Below, piece after piece: positions 51,007-60,287 of a stretch of DNA of 64,000 nucleotides. The notes beneath the pieces are model-generated. The model saw nothing but the letters and a program-made list of their open reading frames with translations, made no database searches and was not told the DNA's origin. The DNA is from Akkermansiaceae bacterium. GTDB lineage: Bacteria; Verrucomicrobiota; Verrucomicrobiia; Verrucomicrobiales; Akkermansiaceae. Where the stretch lies: the NCBI GenBank assembly GCA_051251915.1, contig JBPOGF010000014.1, positions 62,799-126,798 on the forward strand. The letters are read 5' to 3'. How positions within the stretch are numbered: position 1 is the first letter of the stretch; every line of letters begins with the position of its first letter. A program made the position numbers and the translations under genes.

Positions 51007-53394
51007 ATGAAAGATTTTAGGAGTAGAATACTGAGCTTGATGAAGAGTGGGGATTATCAGCCGATGAATAAATCAGAGTTTTCCCGAGCTCTCAATGTGC
51101 CTAGTCCAGCACGTGCTGCGATGCGTGCTGCGTTAAATAAGTTAGAGCGCAAAGGTGTAATTGTGGCGGGTAAGCAGTCTCGTTATAGTTTAGCGGGTGC
51201 AGGTAAGGGTGTTGGTAATAGCAAGGTTGTTAAGAAAGGTCATGCAGGAGGCTTGATGGTGGGGGTGATTAGATTCCAGAATGGTGGTAATGCTTGGTTT
51301 TATCCTGATTTAGATAATAAGGATAATATTGCAGCAGGGCTTGATGTAGATAAATTTGACCGCGTATTTGTGATGAGCTATGACACAGGTTTGGCTCTGG
51401 ACGGTGACCGGGTGAGTGTGAATGTGAGGTTGCCAAAATCAACAGAGGAGCAACCACCTAGTGCGAAATACAAGGGTAAGAAATTCAAAGGGAAGAAGAA
51501 CGCTAAATTCAGCGGGAAAAGAGGTGGGAACCGTCGCGGTAGATTTGATGATGAGGCGAAGGGGAAAGTGACTAACGTGATTAAGAGGGCGAGTGGTGTC
51601 GTTTTGGGAACGTTTAGGGCGAAAGGGAAGTTCCGTAATATTGAGCCAGATTTTGCAGGTTTCCAGCGTCCTATGGAGTTGGTTGGAGGAGATCTAGGGG
51701 CGAAGAGTGGACAGAAAGTGGTGGCAGAACTAGTGAGCTGGGATAGTAAATCTGCTCCTCCTGTAGGTAAGATAACGAAAGTGTTAGGCTGGCCAGAAGA
51801 TCCAGGCGTGGATATTGAAAGCGTGATTAGTAAGCACAGCTTGCGAGCTGGATTCCCAGGTGATGTGAAGGATGAGGCGATAGAGCTATTGGCTTCACTT
51901 CAAGGCGGGGTTAAGAATGCTAAGGCGGAAGAGGGTGAAGAGAGTCCTGTTCTGAATATTTCTAAGAAGGAGTTGGATAGGCGTGCTGACTGGAGGAATG
52001 AGCTGGTAATTACGGTAGATCCTGATGATGCTAAGGACTTTGATGATGCGATTTCAGTGAAGTCAATAGAGGGGGGCGGCTATGAACTTGCGGTTCATAT
52101 TGCTGATGTTTCTCATTACATTAAACCAGGGAGTGCGCTGGATGAAGAGGCTGTACAGAGGGGGAATAGTACTTATCTGGTGGATCGCGTGTTGCCGATG
52201 TTGCCGTTTCAGATCTCTAACAATATTTGTAGTTTGAGGCCGGAAGTGGATCGATTAACAAAATGTGCGGTCATGACATTTGATAAGAACGGGACGAGAT
52301 TATCCTCTAGGTTTTGTGATGCGGTGATACATAGTAAGGTGAGACTTGCTTATGAGCAGGCTCAAGTTCTGCTTGGACTTCCTATGGAGAATGCAGACAA
52401 GGTCAAGGTTCCTAAGGTAGGGAAAGAGATTGTGGATGCACTTAAGAGAGCTTGGGAGTTGGCGAGTATCTTAAGAAAAAGAAGGTTTGCTGATGGCGCG
52501 CTAGATCTTGAGTTTGAAGAGACGAAAATTGTTCTGGATGATAAATTGAAAGCAGTTGATGTGGTTGCTGTTATTCATAACGAGAGTCACCAGATGGTGG
52601 AAGAGTGTATGTTAGCTGCGAATGAAGCAGTGGCTGTGGCTCTGAAAATGCAGCGTAAAAATGCTATTTATCGAATCCATGAAGACCCAGATTTTGATAA
52701 ACTAAATGAGTTTGCAGACAATGCGAGAGCGCAAGGTTATAGAGTAGGAGATCTAACTAATAAGAAGCACATTCAAGAATTGCTAGAACAGGTTAAAGGG
52801 ACGACGAATGAGGAAAGCATAAAGATAGGTCTTCTGAAAAGTCTAAAACGTGCGGCTTACAGTACCGATGGTTTAGGTCATTATGGATTGGCTAAAATGG
52901 ATTACTGTCACTTTACAAGCCCCATTCGTCGATACGCGGATCTTGTGGTGCACCGTGCATTACAGTCGCTCTTAGTGAACCCACCTGAGAAGCCCGATAG
53001 GAACCCTAAGTTGACGGAGTTGGCTGAGATAGCTAGTCACATTTCAGACACTGAAAGGAAGAGTGCGGAAGCTGAGACAGAGACTAAGCGGATGAAGATG
53101 ATGGAGTATCTGGTTAGTATCCAAGAGGATGGTGGAGGTAAGGTTTTCACGGCGATAGTTACAGATGTGCGCCATATGGGGCTGTTTGTAGAAATTACTT
53201 CGATGAAGGTCAAAGGACTGGTGAAGGTAGAAGACATGCCGGGTAAATCTCACGAGAAATGGCGTATGGATGGAATGCGTTATGTGTGCAATAATGGCGA
53301 TGAGATCAAGCTCGGTCAGAAAGTGGAGGTTCAGATTGTGCGTGTGGATCTGGAGAGAAAGATGGTGGACTTTAAGATCGTGGATAAGACATAG
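51007..53394 (+). CDS. rnr: Ribonuclease R (RNB family)
   Basis: TVDPDDAKDFDDA, VHIADVS, HFTSPIRRYADLVVHR, C-terminal S1 domain; ATG at 51007 preferred. Confidence 0.94.
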   Translation: MKDFRSRILSLMKSGDYQPMNKSEFSRALNVPSPARAAMRAALNKLERKGVIVAGKQSRYSLAGAGKGVGNSKVVKKGHAGGLMVGVIRFQNGGNAWFYPDLDNKDNIAAGLDVDKFDRVFVMSYDTGLALDGDRVSVNVRLPKSTEEQPPSAKYKGKKFKGKKNAKFSGKRGGNRRGRFDDEAKGKVTNVIKRASGVVLGTFRAKGKFRNIEPDFAGFQRPMELVGGDLGAKSGQKVVAELVSWDSKSAPPVGKITKVLGWPEDPGVDIESVISKHSLRAGFPGDVKDEAIELLASLQGGVKNAKAEEGEESPVLNISKKELDRRADWRNELVITVDPDDAKDFDDAISVKSIEGGGYELAVHIADVSHYIKPGSALDEEAVQRGNSTYLVDRVLPMLPFQISNNICSLRPEVDRLTKCAVMTFDKNGTRLSSRFCDAVIHSKVRLAYEQAQVLLGLPMENADKVKVPKVGKEIVDALKRAWELASILRKRRFADGALDLEFEETKIVLDDKLKAVDVVAVIHNESHQMVEECMLAANEAVAVALKMQRKNAIYRIHEDPDFDKLNEFADNARAQGYRVGDLTNKKHIQELLEQVKGTTNEESIKIGLLKSLKRAAYSTDGLGHYGLAKMDYCHFTSPIRRYADLVVHRALQSLLVNPPEKPDRNPKLTELAEIASHISDTERKSAEAETETKRMKMMEYLVSIQEDGGGKVFTAIVTDVRHMGLFVEITSMKVKGLVKVEDMPGKSHEKWRMDGMRYVCNNGDEIKLGQKVEVQIVRVDLERKMVDFKIVDKT

Positions 53395-53462
53395 AATCTA
53401 TTCGACATTTGAGGAAGCTGTATGCTTATTTAGAAGCCTAGAGAAGATAGTAGATCAAGTTT

Positions 53463-54722
53463 ATGTCATCAGTTTATAAGAAAATAAAAGGTGGAATCAC
53501 CGCGCCTTTGGGATTTGTATCCAACGCAGTATGTGCGGGTGTGAAAAACCCAGATGCTGAGCGTTTAGACGTGGCGCTAGTCTCTAGTGAGGTGGAGTGT
53601 GTGGCTGCGGGAACCTTTACCACTAATAGAGTGAAGGCTGCACCGGTGAGGGTTAGTCAGACACATTTGCGCGATGGTAACGTCCGTGCTATTTTGGTTA
53701 ATAGTGGTAATGCAAATGCTTGTACTGGAGTCAATGGACTTCAAGATGCGCGGAAGAGTGCTAGGCTTGTAGGTAAGCTTTTAGGTATAAAACAGTCTCA
53801 GGTTGCAGTATGCTCTACAGGAGTGATTGGCTTACCTATGCCGATGGTTAGGTTAGAACCTAAGTTAGATGAGTTAGTGTTGGGTCTGAAGCGTAAGGAT
53901 GGTACTTCTGTAGCTAAGGCGATGATGACTAGTGATACTTGTCATAAGGAAATTTCTGTCAGATTAGACATAGGTGGAGTGAAGGTGAAGATAGGAGCAT
54001 GTGCTAAGGGTGCTGGGATGATCAATCCACATATGGCGACGATGCTGTGCTTTGTCACTACTGATGCTAAACTCAGTAAAGAGGTTCTGAACACTTTTGT
54101 TTCACAAGCAGTAGACGTTTCGTTCAACAGAATCACTATTGATGGTGATATGAGCACTAATGATAGTGTTATCATGCTTGCGAATGGTGCTGGTGGAGGA
54201 AAGAGTATCAGACGAGGGACTAAGGATGCTAAGAAATTTCAAGAAGCGCTTAACTATGTGATGTTGGAGATGGCTAAGTCGTTAGTTAGAGACGGCGAGC
54301 GTGTGACTAAATTTGTGACTGTCAATGTGAAGGGTGCGAAGTCATATAATGATGCTAAGAAGGTGGCGGAGGCTGTTGCGAATTCATCGTTAGTGAAATG
54401 CTCATGGAATGGAAACGATCCAAACTGGGGGCGTATCATTCATGCCGTTGGATACTCCAAGGCGATGGTGAAAGAGGAACTTATTGATATTTATATAGGG
54501 GGTTTAGCTGCTTGTTTAGGTGGCTTAGAGGCGAAGGTGAGTATGGATTCTCTGCGTGAGAAAGTAGCAGCAGATGCCTTTACCATTGAGATAAATTTGA
54601 ATCTTTGTGACGCTGAATACACTATCTATAGCAGTGATTTATCCCCAGAATATGTGGATTTCAACCGTTCTGAATATGCTTACTGGAAGCAAGCTAGGAA
54701 AGACGGGCTGACTCAGCAATAG
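53463..54722 (+). CDS. argJ: Glutamate N-acetyltransferase / ornithine acetyltransferase
   Basis: NSGNANACTG, STGVIG, KGAGMINPHMATML, DGDMSTND, DPNWGRI. Confidence 0.96.
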   Translation: MSSVYKKIKGGITAPLGFVSNAVCAGVKNPDAERLDVALVSSEVECVAAGTFTTNRVKAAPVRVSQTHLRDGNVRAILVNSGNANACTGVNGLQDARKSARLVGKLLGIKQSQVAVCSTGVIGLPMPMVRLEPKLDELVLGLKRKDGTSVAKAMMTSDTCHKEISVRLDIGGVKVKIGACAKGAGMINPHMATMLCFVTTDAKLSKEVLNTFVSQAVDVSFNRITIDGDMSTNDSVIMLANGAGGGKSIRRGTKDAKKFQEALNYVMLEMAKSLVRDGERVTKFVTVNVKGAKSYNDAKKVAEAVANSSLVKCSWNGNDPNWGRIIHAVGYSKAMVKEELIDIYIGGLAACLGGLEAKVSMDSLREKVAADAFTIEINLNLCDAEYTIYSSDLSPEYVDFNRSEYAYWKQARKDGLTQQ

Positions 54723-54738
54723 AGGCAAGATCTTAGCG

Positions 54739-55803
54739 CTATTCTTTAGATTGTTTATCGTTATCCATTTCAGCAAAAACCATCAATCCTGCTGTGGTAT
54801 TGATGGTGGAGATGACGGTTACGTTTTGGGTGGTGCCTATTTTAGAGACTCCGTTGTTTACTACGATCATGGTTCCGTCTGGTAGATAGCCTACGCCTTG
54901 GTGATCTTCCTTGCCTGTGCGAACGATGGGAAGTTGAACTCTGGTTCCGACATCGACTTGTGGCTTGAGAGCTTCATTCATGTCATTTAGATTGAGGACG
55001 TCGACATTTTGCAACCTCGCAACTTTTGTCAAATTGTCATCAGTTGTGAGAATCTGGGCGTTTAGGATCTGGCAAATTTGTAATAGGTGTGCGTCGTGAC
55101 TGTCTTCGGATGATCTGGCGGTGGAGTCATGAACGGTGACTTTGATGTCACGGGTGGATTGCAAATTTTCTAAGCATTCTAGTCCGCGTTGGCCACGTTG
55201 CCTTCTGCCTGGTGAAGGGGAGTTAGACATAATTTGTAGCTCTTCGAGTACGAATCTTGGGATGATGATATTTTTCTCTAGAAATCCAGAACGCATTACT
55301 GCTGTGATCCTGCCATCGGTTATCACATCGCTATCCAGTAATAGTGGTCTGCCTGTTGTAGAATCACTTCTGAAGCGAACATAGGGGATGACTACGGCAA
55401 AATCATCTTGTCCACTGCGTAGGGCGATTACTGTGCCTAGGAAACCTAAGCTGGCGAATAGCATGGTGTTGAATGCCATACTGAAGCCGGCTCTGTTAGG
55501 GATGACTTCATCGAATACGGAGCTGATGATCTCAGGTACTCCTACGCGGGTCATTAGCCAGGCGCAGAACATGCCGATGAGGAGTCCAAAGGTGCCAGTG
55601 GAGAATCCACGGATTGTGTAGCTTTTTGTCAGGCTCTCGATGAACATGAAGAACATGGCTACGCATAATCCCGCGACCATGCCGATCCATAGTTTATCTG
55701 GGCCGAGTAGCTGGTAGGCAAGTGCCATGCCTGCAAACTCACACACGATTATATAGAGTATTCTAGCAATGTTCAGGGAAGTATTTGATGAGAACCTATT
55801 CAT
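54739..55803 (-). CDS. Membrane-anchored PIN/TRAM domain protein (YacL-like)
   Basis: N-terminal TMs; LLDSDVITDGR, FVLEELQ, RGQRGL; GKEDHQGVGYLPDGTMIVV. Confidence 0.88.
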   Translation of the reverse strand: MNRFSSNTSLNIARILYIIVCEFAGMALAYQLLGPDKLWIGMVAGLCVAMFFMFIESLTKSYTIRGFSTGTFGLLIGMFCAWLMTRVGVPEIISSVFDEVIPNRAGFSMAFNTMLFASLGFLGTVIALRSGQDDFAVVIPYVRFRSDSTTGRPLLLDSDVITDGRITAVMRSGFLEKNIIIPRFVLEELQIMSNSPSPGRRQRGQRGLECLENLQSTRDIKVTVHDSTARSSEDSHDAHLLQICQILNAQILTTDDNLTKVARLQNVDVLNLNDMNEALKPQVDVGTRVQLPIVRTGKEDHQGVGYLPDGTMIVVNNGVSKIGTTQNVTVISTINTTAGLMVFAEMDNDKQSKE

Positions 55804-55851
55804 AAATTACATCTAACACATTCACAGATACCTCAGTGGATGACAAGCCTT

Positions 55852-56457
55852 TTAGCCCGAGACGGAACCCTTGATGGGTTTGCGCCATATCATGACCCAT
55901 TCACGATTCTCTCTTCCAGGGTAACTTTTGCTTGGTTTGCCTTCCCAGACTAGATGGAATTTTCGGTCAAAGTTGTCGAACACTTCGGTTCTCGTGGTAG
56001 AAAACGGAGGACCTATTTCAGGAGGTTGGCCTGTGTCGGTGAAAAAGACTCCGGCGAAGTATGCATTTGGTTTGAGTAAGTCATAAATACTGTTGGCATA
56101 GTCAGCTCGTTTCTCAGGAGGGATAGCGCAGTAGCAGGTGTGCTCCCAAATCAGATCATAATCCCTAGTTTTGCTACTCATTTGAAACAAGTCATCAAGC
56201 AGCCAGATGTCTCCAAGTTCAGGATGAGCTTGTCTAGCCAGCTTTAGTGCGGTCTCCGAAATATCTAATCCTGTGGCTTCGATTCCGGATTCATGTAGCA
56301 ATGCAACGTCGTGTCCGAGTCCACAACCTGGGACTAGGGCGTTTGTGTTTGGTTGAAAATACTGCGGTACGATCTTGAGGAGTTCAGCGAGGACTGGCGT
56401 CGCCTCGCCTTTTTCCCAAGGCATATCATTGTTGTTGTAGCGTTCGTTCCAATCCAT
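55852..56457 (-). CDS. Thiopurine S-methyltransferase-like SAM methyltransferase
   Basis: WNERY...PW, LVPGCGLGHD, EHTCYCAI, GPPF. Confidence 0.85.
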   Translation of the reverse strand: MDWNERYNNNDMPWEKGEATPVLAELLKIVPQYFQPNTNALVPGCGLGHDVALLHESGIEATGLDISETALKLARQAHPELGDIWLLDDLFQMSSKTRDYDLIWEHTCYCAIPPEKRADYANSIYDLLKPNAYFAGVFFTDTGQPPEIGPPFSTTRTEVFDNFDRKFHLVWEGKPSKSYPGRENREWVMIWRKPIKGSVSG

Positions 56458-56468
56458 AACTTTATTTA

Positions 56469-57098
56469 TTATCCAACTTCTCGACCATGCCTATCTGTGA
56501 CTATGAGATCCTCTTCTGCATAGTGTTCTTCTGCGGCATATGAGCTGATTTGAAAAGCACGCTCAATAGTTTCCGCGCTGGCGACCTCGTTATAATAGCC
56601 GTAATCATTTTTGATTTTGATTGAAAACGGGCCTTCTAATAGATCCCAGTCATCGGTGAAGTATCGCTCGATATGCGAAATATCTACCTCACGAAATGAA
56701 GAAGCTAAGAATTTTTTCACTCTGCTATGAAACCAGTTAGGAGTTAGCCGGTGATATTCCACCATTTCTTCGGAGGTTCGATTTGCAAAATTCTGGGTTT
56801 GGAGAACGAATTGAAAGGTGTTTGGGTCACCGGTATAAACGATGGCATTTTTCATGTATCCTCTATTGACGCTTAGTCCTGCTCCACAGACATAAAGTTT
56901 ACCATCTAGTTCTGACTCGGTATCAAAGACTACGACCTCGACCTTGTAGCCGTACTCCATTAGGAGTTCGCCGATGCGAGTGAACTCTGACACGATGACT
57001 TCTTCCACGATACGTTCCATCTCGACATTGCCAATGTTGATAGCCTGCCGGATTAGCGCCTCGCTTGGAGGTTGTGTTGGTAGTTCGTTTTGTGGCAT
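56469..57098 (-). CDS. Hypothetical protein
   Basis: 209-aa ORF co-oriented with its neighbours, protein-like composition. Confidence 0.6.
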   Translation of the reverse strand: MPQNELPTQPPSEALIRQAINIGNVEMERIVEEVIVSEFTRIGELLMEYGYKVEVVVFDTESELDGKLYVCGAGLSVNRGYMKNAIVYTGDPNTFQFVLQTQNFANRTSEEMVEYHRLTPNWFHSRVKKFLASSFREVDISHIERYFTDDWDLLEGPFSIKIKNDYGYYNEVASAETIERAFQISSYAAEEHYAEEDLIVTDRHGREVG

Positions 57099-57186
57099 AG
57101 AAGAAATCTAACAAAGTAAATGTTACCGAATTTTTCCGTGTAAGTCAGTGAAAAAATTGAGTCTGAATTTTAATGGATCGTATGTA

Positions 57187-57495
57187 TTAAACTGATCGGT
57201 TTGAAGATTGTATCAGGCCAAGGATACCTGGGAAATACTGGTTGATTTCATCGATGCGGATTGAGTTTAAGCATTTAACGCCTTCGATACGTGTGCGGAT
57301 GAGGCCGGAAGATCTGAGCACTTCAAAATGGTGTGAGGCGGTGGACTTGGATACGCTGAGTTGGATAGCGGCGCACGCTAGTTCGGTGTTTTCTAGCAGT
57401 TGGCGCATGATGTCGATGCGGCAGGGGTCTGATAACGCATGCATGACGGCCGTGAGTGGCACGTTTTTTATTTCTGGATGTTGATACGTTTTCAT
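57187..57495 (-). CDS. ArsR/SmtB-family transcriptional regulator
   Basis: ALSDPCRIDI...SKSTASHHFEVLRSSGLI HTH; start placed at MKTYQHP. Confidence 0.85.
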   Translation of the reverse strand: MKTYQHPEIKNVPLTAVMHALSDPCRIDIMRQLLENTELACAAIQLSVSKSTASHHFEVLRSSGLIRTRIEGVKCLNSIRIDEINQYFPGILGLIQSSNRSV

Positions 57496-57523
57496 GGACT
57501 GAGTCGTATCATAAGTTTGAATG

Positions 57524-57590
57524 TTCGACAACTATCGAAATAATTATTGCGTTATTGTTGGAGTTGGGTATTGTTCGTGAAACATCGAAC
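57524..57590. promoter_or_regulatory. Two related inverted repeats, probable ArsR-family operators
   Basis: TTCGA-N6-TCGAA (57524-57539) and GTTCG-N8-CGAAC (57573-57590) between the divergent regulator and nemA. Confidence 0.6.
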
Positions 57591-57604
57591 TATTAGAAAC
57601 GACT

Positions 57605-58663
57605 ATGAAACACACATTATTTGATCCAATCAAACTCGGAAATTTAGAACTCAGTAATCGTATCATTATGGCGCCGCTTACGCGTTGTCGTGCAGATGAG
57701 GGGAGGGTTCCTAATGCGATGATGGCCGAGTATTATGGGCAGCGTGCTAGTGCGGGGCTTATCCTTGCAGAAGCTACGGCTATAAGTGCTGGTGGGGTAG
57801 GTTATCCGGATACGCCGGGTCTGTGGAGTGATGAGCAGGTGGAGGGGTGGAGGCTAGTTACGGAGGCGGTTCATTCTAAGGGAGGGAAGATAGTGGCTCA
57901 GTTGTGGCATGTTGGGAGGATTTCTCATTCTAGTTATTTGAATGGGGAGTTACCTGTGGCTCCTAGTGCGATTGCGCCTGATGGGCATGTGAGTCTCGTT
58001 CGACCTAAACAAAATTATGAGGTTCCACGTCCGCTTCTGTTAGATGAGATTGAGGTGATACTTGAGGACTATCGGATAGCTGCAGAAAATGCGAAGCGTG
58101 CTGGGTTTGATGGTGTGGAGATCCACGGTGCGAATGGGTATTTACCAGAACAATTTCTTCACAGCTCATCGAATACTAGGGATGATATTTACGGAGGTTC
58201 ACTTGAAAACAGAGCGAGGTTCATGCTTGGTGCTATTGATGCAGCACTCAGTGTTTGGGATGCGGGGAATGTGGGGCTTCATGTTTCGCCGCAAGGTGAC
58301 GAGCATGATACTGGAGATAGTGATGCGAGTGAGACTTATGCTTATATTGCGAATGAGTGTAAGAAGCGCGGGATGGCATTTATTTTTGTGCGTGAGTCAC
58401 AGGAGTATGAGAACCGGATTTTGCCTGTGATTCATGAGAACTTTGGGTACGGAGTCATCGCTAACCAGCAACTTACGCTTGAATCTGCGCAGAAGTTGGT
58501 GGCGGGTAATAAGGCGGAGGCGATTTCTTATGGTCAGCTTTACATTGCCAATCCGGATTTGGTGGAGCGACTTAAGGTAGGTGCGGCTCTTAATGTTCCT
58601 GATCCAAGCACTTTCTATGGACAAGGGCCAGTGGGGTATACGGATTACCCGTTTATGGGGTGA
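57605..58663 (+). CDS. nemA: Old Yellow Enzyme-family alkene reductase
   Basis: NRIIMAPLTR, QLWHVGR, GFDGVEIHGANGYL, YGGSLENRARF, GYTDYP. Confidence 0.9.
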   Translation: MKHTLFDPIKLGNLELSNRIIMAPLTRCRADEGRVPNAMMAEYYGQRASAGLILAEATAISAGGVGYPDTPGLWSDEQVEGWRLVTEAVHSKGGKIVAQLWHVGRISHSSYLNGELPVAPSAIAPDGHVSLVRPKQNYEVPRPLLLDEIEVILEDYRIAAENAKRAGFDGVEIHGANGYLPEQFLHSSSNTRDDIYGGSLENRARFMLGAIDAALSVWDAGNVGLHVSPQGDEHDTGDSDASETYAYIANECKKRGMAFIFVRESQEYENRILPVIHENFGYGVIANQQLTLESAQKLVAGNKAEAISYGQLYIANPDLVERLKVGAALNVPDPSTFYGQGPVGYTDYPFMG

Positions 58664-58773
58664 TTTTATCTTTGATCTATTACAGGTATGCTGTGAGCGA
58701 GGCCTTTTGATGAAGTTTCGTGGCGGTTGTGGATATAGAGTTGCTAGCAATACATGTTAGTGTTGCGGGGTGA

Positions 58774-59118
58774 TTATTTTTTGGAGCCAATGGTTAATAT
58801 TGAATCATTTGGTATCCAAAAAACGGAATGTCTCAGATCTGCATCACCAGAATTCATCTTGTAGTGGCTGTCGAAGAAAATACCATCATTGTGAACTGTT
58901 ATGATTTTCCCATCAAGTGAAACCTTCGTGTTATTGAGCCAAGTAGTTGTTGGTCCTATGGGTGTACCTGAAGCACCCAAGAGATCTCGTTTAAAATAAA
59001 CGGTGACTTCTGAGCCAACCCATTGCTCAAGAGCATTAGATGTACTCGACGATGGTTTTTTGCAACTGGATAAGAAAAGGGTGATGATGAGTAGTAATAT
59101 GGGTTTTGTTTTTTGCAT
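58774..59118 (-). CDS. Small lipoprotein, probable terminal or relic gene cassette
   Basis: Lipobox FLSSC; co-oriented with the cassette array; composition differs from the backbone. Confidence 0.6.
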   Translation of the reverse strand: MQKTKPILLLIITLFLSSCKKPSSSTSNALEQWVGSEVTVYFKRDLLGASGTPIGPTTTWLNNTKVSLDGKIITVHNDGIFFDSHYKMNSGDADLRHSVFWIPNDSILTIGSKK

Positions 59119-59183
59119 AGATTTTGTTGGTTACAGGTGATTTTTAATCATTTTTTAGTTAAAGAATCACTAACCAAAACAAT

Positions 59184-59282
59184 CTAAGAGGAAGTAAGTC
59201 TGATACATTGAAACCGCCGTGCTACGGAGCCGTATGGCCGGTGGTGTGGGGGGCGGGGGTTAGAATCCCCTGCCTACCCGAT
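59184..59282 (+). mobile_element. Group II intron 3'-end remnant 1 (domains V-VI)
   Basis: Matches the last ~99 nt of the full intron (62753-62851), ends CCCGAT, and abuts TCTCC, the R'' half-site of the TA cassette. Confidence 0.92.
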
Positions 59283-59293
59283 TCTCCAGTTTT

Positions 59294-59323
59294 TATTTTG
59301 GGGGTTACTATTTTGGGGGTTAC
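59294..59323 (+). repeat. 15-bp tandem duplication TATTTTGGGGGTTAC x2
   Basis: Read directly; the second copy overlaps the toxin stop codon. Confidence 0.85.
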
Positions 59324-59628
59324 TTTGTCCTTTCTTCGAGGTCCACTAGTGTTAAATGTCTCTCAGACCTCATTATGTAAACGATATATACTGTATCTTC
59401 CTCAATCCTATAAAATACTCTAACTGGAGGAACGGGCATGTGCCGATAGCGCTTGTCCGGTAAATCATGAGGATGCGCAAACATCTCTGGGAAGTCCTCA
59501 AGCATAGAAACCTTTTCAAAGACTTCTAAAACGACTTTAGATGCAGCAACTGGGTTATCTAAAGCTATATAGTCTGCAATAGCATCAAGGTCTGACAAGG
59601 CCGATTCTGTCCACTTTACTTGAGCCAT
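59320..59628 (-). CDS. RelE/ParE-family toxin
   Basis: MAQVKWTESALSDLDAIADYIALDNP...YRHM.VPP.RVFYR; overlaps the antitoxin gene. Confidence 0.9.
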   Translation of the reverse strand: MAQVKWTESALSDLDAIADYIALDNPVAASKVVLEVFEKVSMLEDFPEMFAHPHDLPDKRYRHMPVPPVRVFYRIEEDTVYIVYIMRSERHLTLVDLEERTK

Positions 59629-59873
59629 CTTGACATTCTGTTTTTTGCTTCTTCGTTAGAAACTGTTCTACCTTCCGTAATCGCTTTCTCACCTCTGGCG
59701 ATCCCTTCGAGTAGAGTAAGCTTGGATTCCATTACTTCATACAAGTCAACATCTACTAGGTAAGCAGCAGGTTTACCGTGTTGGGTAATAAGAACAGTTT
59801 CATGATCTTCAGCCAATGCGGTAAGAATATCAGTAGCTTTTCTTTTGAGTGTGGTAACTAATTCCGTTTTCAT
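59616..59873 (-). CDS. Phd/YefM-family antitoxin
   Basis: MKTELVTTLKRKAT...VLITQHGKPAAYLV. Confidence 0.9.
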   Translation of the reverse strand: MKTELVTTLKRKATDILTALAEDHETVLITQHGKPAAYLVDVDLYEVMESKLTLLEGIARGEKAITEGRTVSNEEAKNRMSRWLK

Positions 59874-59879
59874 AGTGAT

Positions 59880-59908
59880 ACTATAGTGATACCATGAGTG
59901 AGGTGCAA
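59880..59908 (-). promoter_or_regulatory. Sigma-70 promoter of the TA cassette
   Basis: TTGCAC-N17-TATAGT on the minus strand, 6 nt before the ATG, overlapped by a repeated GTATCACTAT. Confidence 0.75.
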
Positions 59909-59918
59909 CCTATTTTTA

Positions 59919-60001
59919 GGAGAACGTCCAAGATCACTCGACTGATCGGCTCAGCGAACTTGGACTTTTTGTTGAGGTTATAGTTGTGGAAAATTTAGCT
60001 T
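59919..60001 (-). other. Partial attC site (R' core GTTCTCC and one arm), fused to intron remnant 2
   Basis: GGAGAAC-GTCCAAGATCACTCGACTGATC on +; its core matches the TCTCC after remnant 1; the partner arm is missing. Confidence 0.7.
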
Positions 60002-60242
60002 TCTGCAACATAGAAATCGTAAGAAATGCGATGACGAATGTGTGGCTAGAAAGCCAAGGACTCCACAGCCTAGAAACCCCACGTAAAAGCTTCGCCACGT
60101 GGGTTGTGAATGCTCGCTATCCTCAAGAAAGTACTAAAACGACCTAAGAGGAAGTAAGTCTGATACATTGAAACCGCCGTGCTACGGAGCCGTATGGCCG
60201 GTGATGTGGGGGGCGGGGGTTAGAATCCCCTGCCTACCCGAT
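60002..60242 (+). mobile_element. Group II intron 3'-end remnant 2 (IEP tail plus domains V-VI)
   Basis: Matches 62632-62851 apart from two substitutions and a net 21-bp hairpin insertion; abuts TGTGC, an R'' half-site. Confidence 0.93.
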
Positions 60243-60287
60243 TGTGCCTCTCTGATTCTTCCGGCTACCAACATTTTCGTCATGGAA

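Noticed and set aside
59208..59423. 71-aa ORF, and similarly 60182-60412 and 60604-60903
   Set aside because: These are translations of intron remnant or attC sequence overlapping better-supported genes.
59184..60242. Alternative cis-splicing using multiple domain V-VI copies, as in the Clostridium tetani intron
   Set aside because: The extra 3' ends lie upstream of the only visible intron 5' end, and the flanking genes are antisense, so cis-splicing to them is not possible here.
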